The notes beneath the pieces are model-generated. The model searched no databases. It was not told where the DNA came from and saw nothing but the letters and a program-made list of their open reading frames with translations. This document shows, one piece after another, positions 30,469 to 40,791 of a stretch of DNA of 64,000 nucleotides; within the stretch, counting starts at the first letter, position 1, and every line of letters starts with the position of its first letter. The position numbers were made by a program, and so were the translations under genes. The stretch spans positions 1 to 64,000 of the forward strand of contig DXJL01000104.1 of the NCBI GenBank assembly GCA_019057635.1, written 5' to 3'. This DNA comes from Candidatus Heimdallarchaeota archaeon (GTDB taxonomy: Archaea > Asgardarchaeota > Heimdallarchaeia > Hodarchaeales > Hodarchaeaceae).

Positions 30469-31344
30469 ATAGCGAATTCTCTTATCAGATCTGCAAAAAA
30501 AGAAGATTTACAGGCTCTTGAATCTTTGTACATTCAATGCATGGGAAAATTTGAATATACATATTATAAGACAAATTTTTACTCCTACATTACATCGAAT
30601 CGTGATTTAATAAAAGTGTCAGAAGAACCATCAGGTCAAATATCAGGTTTCGCAATGGGATATATATCTAACCCTCAAGAAGCAAAAATTCAAGCAATTT
30701 TTGTGTCTGCTGATTATCGTAACCAAGGTATTGCTACAAATCTTCTTAAATCATTAGAAAGCGAAATAGTATCAAAAAATTACAGTCTTCGCTACCTATC
30801 TGTGAGAATACCGGAGGAGTATTTTAAATTCCAATCATTTTTCCTCAGAAGAAAGTTTTCAATTATCGCAGAAATTAATGGATACATAAAAAACAGTTTA
30901 GACTTCCCTTTTTCTGTCAATAAAGAAATAACCGTTCGAAAAGCTAAGAAATCTGATATTGATGGAATTTTACAGATCGAAAAAGCATGCTTTTCGGATT
31001 ATTGGCAAAAGAATCGTGAGGAATTTAAAAAAATAATGAAAGACGTATTCGAAATCTTATTTGTAGCTATTTGGGGTAATACCATTGTTGGTTACAATTT
31101 TAATGCAGTATCACGTACTAATCAAAGTGGTAATTATATTAGGATAGCAACTCTTCCAGATCAGCGGCAAAAACGTGTGGCCACTACCCTTACTGCACAC
31201 GCTTTCAAATGGTTCAGATCAAAACATGTTACCCGAGTTTTATTATCTACTTACGCCAACTCTCCCCATCATAATAAGATGTACAATAAATGGGGATTTA
31301 GAATAAATGACCGTGAAATAATTTTAAGTCGAAAATATTCATAA
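30469..31344 (+). CDS. Tandem-GNAT acetyltransferase
   Basis: Two GNAT domains (YRNQGIA; QRQKRVA). The first domain's LIRSAKKEDL lies upstream of the track start at 30526, implying an ATA or ATC start at 30469 or 30466. Confidence 0.85.
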   Translation: MANSLIRSAKKEDLQALESLYIQCMGKFEYTYYKTNFYSYITSNRDLIKVSEEPSGQISGFAMGYISNPQEAKIQAIFVSADYRNQGIATNLLKSLESEIVSKNYSLRYLSVRIPEEYFKFQSFFLRRKFSIIAEINGYIKNSLDFPFSVNKEITVRKAKKSDIDGILQIEKACFSDYWQKNREEFKKIMKDVFEILFVAIWGNTIVGYNFNAVSRTNQSGNYIRIATLPDQRQKRVATTLTAHAFKWFRSKHVTRVLLSTYANSPHHNKMYNKWGFRINDREIILSRKYS

Positions 31345-31874
31345 TAACCCTCATTTTCTCAATGTGCAGCAAATTGAGTTTGTAATAAGTTCAGATTCCA
31401 TTGTTTCTATACTAATATAATCTGTAGTATTCATTTGAAAAGATTTTCTAAAATTTGAATCCAGATTTGAAACCAGAAATGGTAAAGAACTCATTATTGT
31501 TCCACCATGACTGACTGTAATAATTCTTGCATTAGAATTATCTGAATATCTCGTTTTCATAGAATCCAGATAATTTCGAATTCGAGTAATTATTTGCAAA
31601 AGTGATTCCCCCCAGGCAATGAAGTATTAAGATTTTCTTTCTCAAACCATTCTTTCCAGAGATCCATAAACATAGACCAACTAGTTGGATCGGATTTGCC
31701 TTCTAACTTTCCTACACTGAATTCTACAAGCCTTGAGTCAATTTCATAGTTTAATTCAAGTTTATTTGATAAAATATCAGCTGTTTCCACTGCTCGCTTA
31801 AGCGGATTACAATAAATTTTATCAAAGCAGGAATAAGCTCTTTTTAGTCGTTCAGCAAGCGACTTGACCTGCAT

Positions 31875-32010
31875 TATCCCCCTGTCTGTAAGTCCATGAC
31901 TAAATTTGTCAGACAACTCTGGAAAAAGAGTTCTGGACAGGATGAGTCACACATCCGCTATCCAGCAAGTGAGCCACCACTGAAGGTGAACTGACTGTAG
32001 GGATTACTTG
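31875..32010 (-). ncRNA. Putative omegaRNA (reRNA) overlapping the tnpB 3' end, with its guide taken from the flank
   Basis: TnpB guide RNAs are known to derive from the element right end. This segment is the part conserved in all three copies. Boundaries are estimates. Confidence 0.55.
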
Positions 32011-33314
32011 GCTGCTGTTAATATACCGCTGCAGGATATTACAGGCAGCATTATAATCAGCATTCAGGTGATGACCACATTTACGACAACAGAAGCATCC
32101 GCGCGATTTCCGGTTACGTTTGTCTACATAGCCACACTGACTACATTGTTGGGAGGTATACGCCTCATTTACGCGCACTACCGTCATCCCCACAAGTTTC
32201 GCTTTATACTCGAGCATTTTAATAAATTTGAAGAAGGGGATTTGAACAAAAGACTGATTGGTACGTTTTCCTAAGTTACAGTGGTGTTTCCACCTGGCAT
32301 TGTAACCGATGACCAATGTCTCGATATTGTGCTGTAAACAGTAAGTAATAATTCGGCGGGAGGTTTGATGGAAGAAATTCTGAAGGCGGTTCATCCGCAC
32401 TCGCTGAAGACCTTGAATCCGGCGAGTGGTAAACTGTTGATTGTGAGTGGTTGCTAGCGATCGATAATGGGCCAGTTGTTTGTTATACCACTGATTAATG
32501 GTCTTCCCCACCCCGCCTTTGACGAGTAAGCCGTCTGACGTAGTTACGAGGTTGTTAAGACCAAGATCTATTCCCATAGCTCGGGGAGAAGACGAATCAG
32601 AGGAGGGAAAAGGGAGAACTTGCACTTCATAGAGTAATTCTACCACAAATCGATCATAATACGGTACCAATCGAGCGCCCACACACGTTTCTACAGTTAA
32701 TGGAAGGGTTCCGAGTGAAAAAGTGGGAAAGCCGCGTGCCATGAGATTCCGAGCAAAAAGAATCTGGTTCTCCCGAATTCGAACGCGGGGGCGGGGAAAG
32801 TTCAGCATGTGCAGCCCATTCTTGGGTTTATACCTGGGCGCTCGGGGCCGGGTCTGAAATTTGGTCGGATCGGTTTTCCATGCTTTCAGTCCATTGAAAA
32901 AGCTCCGCCAAATTTGTTCTACTTGACGGAGGACTTGTTGCGGTAAATAACTATCCGAAATGTCCTTTAATGCGAGATACACTGGTTCGTGCTTGAGGCG
33001 ATGATACAAGCTCGTGTATTGGAGCCATTTCCCCGTCTTAAAGAATTCTTGGCGCACCTCATAGGTGGCGCGATTATACAGATTTTTGGCACAGGTGCAC
33101 AAATCGGTAAAAATGGGCCGCGGTTTCATCTGCATTCGGATAGCTAACTGGGGGTGAGAGTGTTTCGTGGTACGCATTCCCATTCCAAGAAGACTCATTC
33201 GCTCTTATAAGCTCGAGACAGAGAGAGATCAGTGAAAATAACAAATGTGACGAAAATGAACCTTTTTTCTTCCTGGCTTAGAATAATAAATACTGGTTGT
33301 CAGACAAATTTGAT
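31899..33314 (-). mobile_element. TnpB-only element (1416 bp) with 19-bp imperfect TIRs and a CATG direct repeat
   Basis: Ends ACTAAATTTGTCAGACAAC (31899-31917) and GTTGTCAGACAAATTTGAT (33296-33314) match 16/19 as inverted repeats. CATG at 31895-31898 and 33315-33318. Removal restores KH-GL of the host gene. GC content is visibly higher than the flanks. Confidence 0.9.
31909..33198 (-). CDS. tnpB: TnpB RNA-guided endonuclease with rearranged RuvC-II
   Basis: AKNLYN, GIDLG (RuvC-I), VIGYN, VNEAYTSQ, CSQC/CRKC Zn finger and NADYNAACNI (RuvC-III). A TTATAA about 28 nt upstream suggests the true start is ATG 33177. Confidence 0.95.
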   Translation of the reverse strand: MSLLGMGMRTTKHSHPQLAIRMQMKPRPIFTDLCTCAKNLYNRATYEVRQEFFKTGKWLQYTSLYHRLKHEPVYLALKDISDSYLPQQVLRQVEQIWRSFFNGLKAWKTDPTKFQTRPRAPRYKPKNGLHMLNFPRPRVRIRENQILFARNLMARGFPTFSLGTLPLTVETCVGARLVPYYDRFVVELLYEVQVLPFPSSDSSSPRAMGIDLGLNNLVTTSDGLLVKGGVGKTINQWYNKQLAHYRSLATTHNQQFTTRRIQGLQRVRMNRLQNFFHQTSRRIITYCLQHNIETLVIGYNARWKHHCNLGKRTNQSFVQIPFFKFIKMLEYKAKLVGMTVVRVNEAYTSQQCSQCGYVDKRNRKSRGCFCCRKCGHHLNADYNAACNILQRYINSSQVIPTVSSPSVVAHLLDSGCVTHPVQNSFSRVV

Positions 33315-33498
33315 CATGTTTATATCCTGTATTCGAAAAAATCTTCATGATATTAGCTTTACTTTCGCCATGTCGTACAAAAATGATCTCCAGTTCATAG
33401 CCACCTTTTTAAATCAATAACTGTCCTTATGCCTGTGATGCTATTAAATTATGTTGATGTAGTAATTCATAATTTCAATTTTCCAATAATTCTTACTG

Positions 33499-34910
33499 TT
33501 ACGTCTCTCTAGTTGAAGAATAAGATGCCATCAGGTCTAGTATTTTAACAGCAGTATTGATATCATCATAAACAACTCCACCATTGGACCGAATCTGAGA
33601 AGTCCATCGAGATTTTATGGAATTATCTCCCACTATATAAGTGATAATTGGTTTCCTATATTTTTGCATATCATGTAAAACGGTGGGATCAAATGTGATG
33701 GCAACCTGCATCGCCGCAATCATCAACAAATCATGTCAATTTCATTACTTTCACATAGAATGGGTATAATTCGACGGAGAGCTTCATCTAATCCATGAAT
33801 TTCAAAAGCAGACCATGAATCAACAGGGTTCTTTGGAGGCATCCATTCTGGGAAGAGCTTTTGTAATTTTTGTGTTGTCGATTCTGAGAACTCAGGTATT
33901 TTTATATTATATTTCGCTGCGATATCTGCCCCAATAACACCTCCTGCACCAGTTATAGTTACGATTGCAAGACGATTCCCATTAGGGAGCGGTAATTTAG
34001 CAAAGGCCTCTACAATATTAAAAAAGTCTCCAAATTCAGTCGCTTGTATAATTTTTGATTGTTTTAGTAGATCTGATAATAATTGAGGGGAACCATGGGC
34101 AGTACTAGATGTGTGGCTTAGTGCAGCTGATCTACCTACTTCTGATTGACCTCCAAGTAAACAAATCAGAGGTTTAGACTGTGTAAACTCTTTAGCAAGT
34201 TTTAAAAATTTACGTGGCCGTTTCAAACCTTCAAGATAAAATGCTGCAACTTTTGTTTCTTCATCCTTTAGGAAATCTTGGAGCAAATCACATTCATCAA
34301 TATCTATCCTATTCCCAATAGATGCAGCTTTACGGATACCGGTGTAACGTTCTGTGAATAATTGTAATATAACTGCTCCAGAAAAATACCCTGATTGACC
34401 TACGATTGAAACAACTCCTTTTCTCCTCATATCTGCAGTAATTGGCTCGAAAGTCGTGATTAACTCGTCTGTTACTGTTCCCATACAATTTCCTCCCCAG
34501 ATGCGTATGTTTAATTGCTTTCCAAGTTTACCTATTTCCTCTTGTATGGCTTTTCCTTCCTTACCCGCTTCAGCAAACCCAGCACTTTCAATAATTATAC
34601 CTTTCACACCTTTTTGGTGACATTCTTTCAATAGAGAGGGTATACTTTTGGGCGCAACAAAACATATTACCAAATTAATGTTTTCTGGGACTTCCATTAG
34701 GGAATGATAAACTTTCAATCCTAGTATTTCTTTTGCCTTAGGATTAATTGGAAAAATTTGTTCTGTCCTAGAAAATGTCCAAAGAACATTCTTTAAAATG
34801 CCATAACCCGCTTTAGAACTATTTCGACTAACACCAATGATTGCTATCGATTCTGGGTGAAAAAAGCATGAGAGATCAGGTTGCATAGGATTTCCTCTTC
34901 GATCAATCAT
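33499..34910 (-). pseudogene. ADP-forming acyl-CoA synthetase alpha-type (CoA-binding) protein with a 1-nt frameshift near 33729
   Basis: SIAIIGVS, ESAGFAEAG, GNCMG, QSG, YLEG, AALSHT and NPVD. EIDMI continues as LMIAAM in the next frame. Could be a sequencing error. Confidence 0.8.
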
Positions 34911-34997
34911 AGGACGCTCAGGATCCCTGAAAATATAAGAGTTTCATAAACCAGCGTATATTATTCACATCAAGTATAATTTCTGTAGAGATGAATA

Positions 34998-35582
34998 ATG
35001 GCTCAGCGTAAAGATCAATCGATAAAAGATGGGGTTTTTTATCCTCCGTATGACAAATTAATCATATTTAAATGCAATGTTATGAACACTTCTGGCTTTC
35101 TAAGAGATATTTTACTCTCAACTGCCATTATTGGAATATTTGCATTTCTTTTACTTGAATGGCTTGCACTTCTGATCGTACCACTGAGCTGGCCTTTTCT
35201 AGTTCAATTTTCTCTACCTAAACATTATCAATACCTTCAATTCAACAAGCATTCGGTATTTTATGGCTCAGGTTCTTTAAAAAATCTTATACTTTCGAGA
35301 TCATTATTCACTGGGAATAAAAATCAATATGGGGATATTTCTTACATGCGTTTTAACAAATGGGAGAAAAGCAAACGAGGAGGAGTGAAAGACAAGTTTG
35401 GAAAAATCGAAATTCAGATTGATCACCAGTCACCTATTTTTCATTTCTTAGTGACAAGTGAGGATTTAGCTAAGATCGTAAAGATTTTTGATACCTACCG
35501 TTTCCATTCCAAAGTGATAAAAAAACGTTCACGAGGAGAACTTCTGTTAATTTTTCCATCATCTCCTCGATATAACACCTAA
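34998..35582 (+). CDS. Hypothetical membrane protein (TM hairpin plus PH-like beta domain)
   Basis: 194-aa ORF; the fold is a guess. Confidence 0.6.
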   Translation: MAQRKDQSIKDGVFYPPYDKLIIFKCNVMNTSGFLRDILLSTAIIGIFAFLLLEWLALLIVPLSWPFLVQFSLPKHYQYLQFNKHSVFYGSGSLKNLILSRSLFTGNKNQYGDISYMRFNKWEKSKRGGVKDKFGKIEIQIDHQSPIFHFLVTSEDLAKIVKIFDTYRFHSKVIKKRSRGELLLIFPSSPRYNT

Positions 35583-35667
35583 ATCCAGACAAATCATTTT
35601 CCTGAAAAGTCTTTGTTAATGCCCAAACGTTTATAATTTTGCATACATGCATTAACTCTAGATTCTA

Positions 35668-36807
35668 ATGAATTCTATGAAATCTTTGCTCTTTGTTATC
35701 TTCATTGCTACTTTATTAACTATTAGTTCTATCCCAAAAAATTCGCAAGCTACTTCAAATCCTGTTAATCTTCCTTGGAATCTTCAACAGATCAGTATAG
35801 CTGGTGCTTGGAATATTACTACAGGGAGAACAGATATTATCATTGCAATTATTGATTCAGGAATTGATTTTTCTCATCCTGCTTTATCTCAAGCTCAATG
35901 GATCAACTCTGATGAAATTATTAATAATTCTCAAGACGATGATAATAATGGCTATATTGATGATTTTTGTGGATGGGATTGGATCAATCAGGACAATAAT
36001 CCAGGTTGGCAGGACGAAGACGAGATACATCACCATGGAACATTTATTGCGGGGATTATTGCGGCTAATGATAGCGAAGTATTTGGGATAGCCCCGAAAG
36101 TAAAAGTTATGTCCTTACGAGTAGTTGATAGAAATACCCTTATCCCTAACACAGCAGGATTAGAAGAAGCAGTAGAATATGCTATTCAAAAAAATGCAGC
36201 AGTTATTATAATGAGTCTCGATTTATTGATAGGCCCTCCAGGATTCAGAGATAGTATTCGGTCTGCGGTATCAGCTAATATTCCTGTTATTGGGGTAGCT
36301 GGAAATTCCGATGAAGGAAATGAATCAGTAGTATTACCTGGTAGATTTTCTGAAGTCATCGCAGTTGGAGCGTCGAACCCAAATGGAGAAAAAGCTTATT
36401 ATAGTAATATTGGTGAGGAAGTTGAGATTCTGGCTCCAGGGGGTCAGTTGAGGAGTACTTCTGTAAAAAGTGGATATCTTTACGGGCAGGGGACGTCCTA
36501 TGCAGCGCCTCACGTCGCTGGTGTCATCGGACTGATAAAATCAATAAGGAGCGATCTTTCGGTGGATGACATACGTTCCATTCTTTATTCTACAGCACAA
36601 GACATAGGAGATTCTGGATGGGATGCAGAAACTGGATATGGAATACTAAATGCCTCAGCTGCGATAGAACTTACACAGACGTATGTTAAAACATCAACTA
36701 TTACCTCCCACTCCCCACGATTATTCGGTATAAACAGTATCCCTCATGTAGAAATCGTGTTATTTATTATTCTGATAATCCCGATATTTGGGAGAAAACA
36801 AAAATAA
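35668..36807 (+). CDS. Secreted/anchored subtilisin-like S8 serine protease
   Basis: Signal peptide; IIDSG, HGTFIAG, AGN and GTSYAAPHVAG; C-terminal TM followed by RKQK. Confidence 0.95.
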   Translation: MNSMKSLLFVIFIATLLTISSIPKNSQATSNPVNLPWNLQQISIAGAWNITTGRTDIIIAIIDSGIDFSHPALSQAQWINSDEIINNSQDDDNNGYIDDFCGWDWINQDNNPGWQDEDEIHHHGTFIAGIIAANDSEVFGIAPKVKVMSLRVVDRNTLIPNTAGLEEAVEYAIQKNAAVIIMSLDLLIGPPGFRDSIRSAVSANIPVIGVAGNSDEGNESVVLPGRFSEVIAVGASNPNGEKAYYSNIGEEVEILAPGGQLRSTSVKSGYLYGQGTSYAAPHVAGVIGLIKSIRSDLSVDDIRSILYSTAQDIGDSGWDAETGYGILNASAAIELTQTYVKTSTITSHSPRLFGINSIPHVEIVLFIILIIPIFGRKQK

Positions 36808-36823
36808 AATACAAAATTACATT

Positions 36824-38497
36824 TCAGGCCTCAGCAGGCCCTTTATCTAAGCATTCAGGGGATATACGATACAGTCCGAGCTTATGACGCACTCCAGAAT
36901 GTATTTCAACCTCTTCGACATTGATCAGCCCACTTTCATAGACAGATATGACATTAAAAGAATTTAATCTACGCGATCGGATTTTTTTGCTTGAAAATGT
37001 ACCCGCATTCACAAATAATGTATTTTCGACCTGCATTGTCGTGGCATAGTGCTCTAATCCTGATAAAACGAGAGGTACATTATGGGAAGTTAAAAACTGT
37101 ATCACATCACCAGCGTCCTTTACTACTCTTTTAAAGTAACTTCTCGGAACTGGTAAGACTGAATGATGCATCGCTACCAAAAAAAATTTGTAATTTCCAT
37201 AACAATCATACTCATGCTCAATCATATGCATTCGGCTGCGACCTACACGACCAGAAGCATCAGCACCTGTATTAATACCTAAGACTCGGACTGTGGGATC
37301 TTCGTATACTGGATCTAAAGGACCGATCTGTTGTACCCACATCTCTCGTCCAAAAGGTTGTAGATCACGAGTTCCTGGAACAATAAGGTAGGGTACTCCT
37401 AATTCTCTCAATTCTCGTAATCTGAGCTTAGCTATAGCAAAATCCTCTGGATAAGAATCATTTGTAAGATCACCCGTATGAATCAAGACATTAGGTTTTT
37501 CACGAATCATCATCTTAATACCTAGATCATAGATTTTGGTTAAAAAGTCACTTCCGTCCGTGAAGTGCGTATCAGAGAACTGACATATTTTTGTTACCAA
37601 ATTTTCCCCTGGAATCAAATAATTTGCCTTAGTAGCTAACTCTCCCTTCCAGATTTGTTGAGATTCCTGATTTGCAGTTAAGAATTTAGAATAAGTATCA
37701 ATTCCATGGAATTGAACATCAATATTCTTATCCTTAACAATTATGTCCACAAATGTGTGACCTGCCGTACCTCTTGTTTTAAAACTGCTAAATGTACCTG
37801 AATTTATTAATAAAGCTCTACGTTCACCATTAGATAAGGAAAACATATTAGGATAATGTCGATGCGCAGTTATCAGAACGTCAATACCTGCTTTCCATAT
37901 CACTTGTGAAACATCACCAGCATCTAAAATCATGGATCTTTCTCTCCCAGTTGAAGGAATTGGCAATAGATGATGGTGAAAACATAGGATTTTAAGGACA
38001 TCGTCTGGTATAGTTTCTAGTTCAGCAATGGCTTCAATCCCTCGGTCTCCAATTCGACCTGTGTTTTCATCAGGTTCTGAAGAATCAATCCCCAGAATGA
38101 CTATGTTTCCGCCCCTCTCTCGAGTATCTATGTAAAACTGTCTCTCACCATAGAATTTTTTCCAAAGTTGATCCCCGATATTTCGCATATCATGGTTCCC
38201 AGGAACGGTGAAAAGTTCTTTTACTGTAGGAAAATGAGTTTGTAAAATCTCCTTTGAAAGATCAAAATCCTCATATGTCCCAGAGTCAGTAATATCGCCT
38301 AAATGCAGTACTAAGGCATCTGGATTCTGTTTCAATCTTTTATTAATTAAAATAGCTCCTGTTTCAAATGCTTCTTGATGAAATAGGCCAGTGAATTTTG
38401 ATATGTGTGTATCAGAAAATATAAGTAATTCTTCAAGCTTGGATTTCCTTTTAGATCGTTTATCCATCTCATGTTCGTCCTTACAAATTTTAATCAA
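36824..38497 (-). CDS. Double-domain calcineurin-like metallophosphoesterase (CpdA-like)
   Basis: SDTH, GD, GNHD and HRH in domain 1; repeated in degenerate form in domain 2 (GTRD, LEH). Confidence 0.9.
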   Translation of the reverse strand: MIKICKDEHEMDKRSKRKSKLEELLIFSDTHISKFTGLFHQEAFETGAILINKRLKQNPDALVLHLGDITDSGTYEDFDLSKEILQTHFPTVKELFTVPGNHDMRNIGDQLWKKFYGERQFYIDTRERGGNIVILGIDSSEPDENTGRIGDRGIEAIAELETIPDDVLKILCFHHHLLPIPSTGRERSMILDAGDVSQVIWKAGIDVLITAHRHYPNMFSLSNGERRALLINSGTFSSFKTRGTAGHTFVDIIVKDKNIDVQFHGIDTYSKFLTANQESQQIWKGELATKANYLIPGENLVTKICQFSDTHFTDGSDFLTKIYDLGIKMMIREKPNVLIHTGDLTNDSYPEDFAIAKLRLRELRELGVPYLIVPGTRDLQPFGREMWVQQIGPLDPVYEDPTVRVLGINTGADASGRVGRSRMHMIEHEYDCYGNYKFFLVAMHHSVLPVPRSYFKRVVKDAGDVIQFLTSHNVPLVLSGLEHYATTMQVENTLFVNAGTFSSKKIRSRRLNSFNVISVYESGLINVEEVEIHSGVRHKLGLYRISPECLDKGPAEA

Positions 38498-38661
38498 ATA
38501 TCCTGGGCTTTTTTCACTTCAAGGTTAGTGTAAGGTTCATTCCTCATCCTTTGAATATAAATAATTCTTCCTTTATGTTAATAAATACTCCCTTTTCAAT
38601 GCTACAAACTGTAATCGCGAAACAAACGATAATCAAATAGCGTTATATTGGAGAATTATCC

Positions 38662-40788
38662 ATGAGTTCTAAAAAATGTCCTCTGTGTACTGGAAGCGGA
38701 ATTATATCAACGAAAACAAAGAAAAAATGTCCTCAATGTCGTGGGATGGGATCCACTAAGATTTTAATTGGAGGAGGAAAGCCCAAAGCAAAAGACACCT
38801 GTTCTAAGTGTAAGGGCTCCGGAAAAATTGAGATAAGTACAGATAAAACTTGTCCTTCCTGTTTAGGAGAAGGCACTCTCAAATTAAAATGTGTCTTATG
38901 TGGAAATCCTTTGAAAGAAGACAATATCGATCTGTGTACAAAATGTCAAGGAAAAACTTCAATACACCAGTTAATCCCTCCAGTAACAAAACAAATGGTT
39001 GAATTTAATCAACTTTATCAAAGTAAAGTTGTAAATATTGTTGATTTTGGTTATTTCGTGCAATTAGCTCCTAAAATCGAGGGATTAGTAAGGAATAAAC
39101 GCTTTGCAGGAAAGAAAGATGATACAGTTATTATAAAATTAATAAACATGAAGGGAGATAGACTTGAATTTGAGGAAGTTAAGATAACTGACTTATCTCA
39201 GTTTTCTATCACAAGAATGCATGACTCTATTCCTTTGCAAAAAATTCATCAGAAACGGGACGTAGGGGCGTTCCTCTCTTTTATTGCCCGAATTGAGAAT
39301 GTTCGTCAGATTCCCAATGGACCAAAAGTATTCACATTACTAGATGAGACTGGAAATATTGAAGCCGCTGCGTTTCGATTAGATTTTGTTGATGAAATGG
39401 CCATCGGTGATATTGTAGAGGTGGCAGGGCAATTTAATGTTCATCGCGGAGCAGAGCAAATTGAAATTGCGGATATGTTCATTGTCGATAAAGCATACTC
39501 AAATGCATTCAACAAGAAGCTAAAAGCACACTTAGATTCAATAAGCGAACCTAAATCCATTGATTTTTTAGTGAAATCAAACGTTCTCAATCTTTTACGT
39601 CCTAAGTTTATTGCCGTTGCAAAACGACTTCGCAGGGCATTTTTTGAATCTCAACCTATTATAATTCGTCATCATAATGACTGCGATGGAATTTCCGCAG
39701 GAATTGCAGTAGAATTATCTTTACGTCAACTATGGATAGACACTTATCAACAGATTGATGAGGATAAATTACGTCATTTAATCAAGCGAACAGTTAACAA
39801 ACCTCCCTTTTATGACCCTTTAGATGCTGTTCGAGATGTTAATTTTGCTTTAGAAGATGAAAATCGCTTTGGTGATAAACTTCCCTTAGTTATTATGCTT
39901 GATACAGGTAGTAGTGAAGAGAGTCTCTTTTCTTATAAACTTCTGCAAACCTATGGTATGGAAGTCATGGTAGTTGATCATCATTTTCCTTCGGCTTCTG
40001 TTCAAGAGGTTATTAGTAATCATTTGAATAATTATTATGCTGGTGGTGATTATAATATATGCACGGGTATGCTTGGTGTTGAGCTAGCTCGTTTTGTGAA
40101 CCCAGCAGTTACTAATAATATAATTCATATCCCAGCCATTGCAGGTATCGGAGATCGAGTTAAAGGGGAAGAATTCGACCAATACCTAGAACTTGCCAAG
40201 CAACGGAATTATACTGAATCATTTTTATCTGATATTGCGATAGCTGTAGATTACCAAGCATATTTCCTTAAATTTTCACCAGGCCGACTTTTGCTGACTG
40301 ATCTACTCGGAATCAAGGGAACTGATGAACGACAGCTAGCTTTTGTGAAGTTGTTAGCCACAGAAGCCCGAGATCTTCTCGAAAAGCAACTACTCATCTC
40401 TCTCGAATATTGTCAAGAAACAGCCTTACCCAATGGAATACAATTAGCCATATTAGATGTTGAGCAATTCGCTAGTCGGTTTGACTATCCTCCCCCTGGA
40501 AAGATCACAGGAAGTCTTTTTGATCATCTTGGTAGACTAAATTCAAAAAAACCATTAGTGACTATCGGATTAGGGCCAGATTTTGCCATATTTCGGTCTC
40601 AACATGTGAAACTCGATTTTCCTAACCTCGTAAGGACTTTAGCCGAAGATATGCCACATGCAAACATTGAAGGAGGAGGTCATGAAATTGTTGGCAGCCT
40701 TAAGTTTATCACTGGTGCGAGAACTGAATTTATTGATTTAATTCAAGAAAAATTAACAATAATTAGCGTTGCAACCTCGGAGAACTAA
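38662..40788 (+). CDS. Archaeal RecJ-like DHH phosphoesterase with DnaJ-type Zn finger, S1 and OB folds
   Basis: Four CxxCxGxG repeats, HHNDCDG, VVDHH and GGGH. Confidence 0.9.
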   Translation: MSSKKCPLCTGSGIISTKTKKKCPQCRGMGSTKILIGGGKPKAKDTCSKCKGSGKIEISTDKTCPSCLGEGTLKLKCVLCGNPLKEDNIDLCTKCQGKTSIHQLIPPVTKQMVEFNQLYQSKVVNIVDFGYFVQLAPKIEGLVRNKRFAGKKDDTVIIKLINMKGDRLEFEEVKITDLSQFSITRMHDSIPLQKIHQKRDVGAFLSFIARIENVRQIPNGPKVFTLLDETGNIEAAAFRLDFVDEMAIGDIVEVAGQFNVHRGAEQIEIADMFIVDKAYSNAFNKKLKAHLDSISEPKSIDFLVKSNVLNLLRPKFIAVAKRLRRAFFESQPIIIRHHNDCDGISAGIAVELSLRQLWIDTYQQIDEDKLRHLIKRTVNKPPFYDPLDAVRDVNFALEDENRFGDKLPLVIMLDTGSSEESLFSYKLLQTYGMEVMVVDHHFPSASVQEVISNHLNNYYAGGDYNICTGMLGVELARFVNPAVTNNIIHIPAIAGIGDRVKGEEFDQYLELAKQRNYTESFLSDIAIAVDYQAYFLKFSPGRLLLTDLLGIKGTDERQLAFVKLLATEARDLLEKQLLISLEYCQETALPNGIQLAILDVEQFASRFDYPPPGKITGSLFDHLGRLNSKKPLVTIGLGPDFAIFRSQHVKLDFPNLVRTLAEDMPHANIEGGGHEIVGSLKFITGARTEFIDLIQEKLTIISVATSEN

Positions 40789-40791
40789 TAG

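Larger units (their letters stand above)
31351..33393 (-). pseudogene. Histidine phosphatase (phosphoglycerate mutase family), split by the TnpB element and frameshifted
   Basis: LEIIFVRHGESKAN...GYKH (33393-33316) continues after the element as GLTDRG...PLKRAVETA. A 1-nt loss in the C6 run at 31608-31613 breaks GGES. The downstream frame has VSHGG. Confidence 0.9.
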
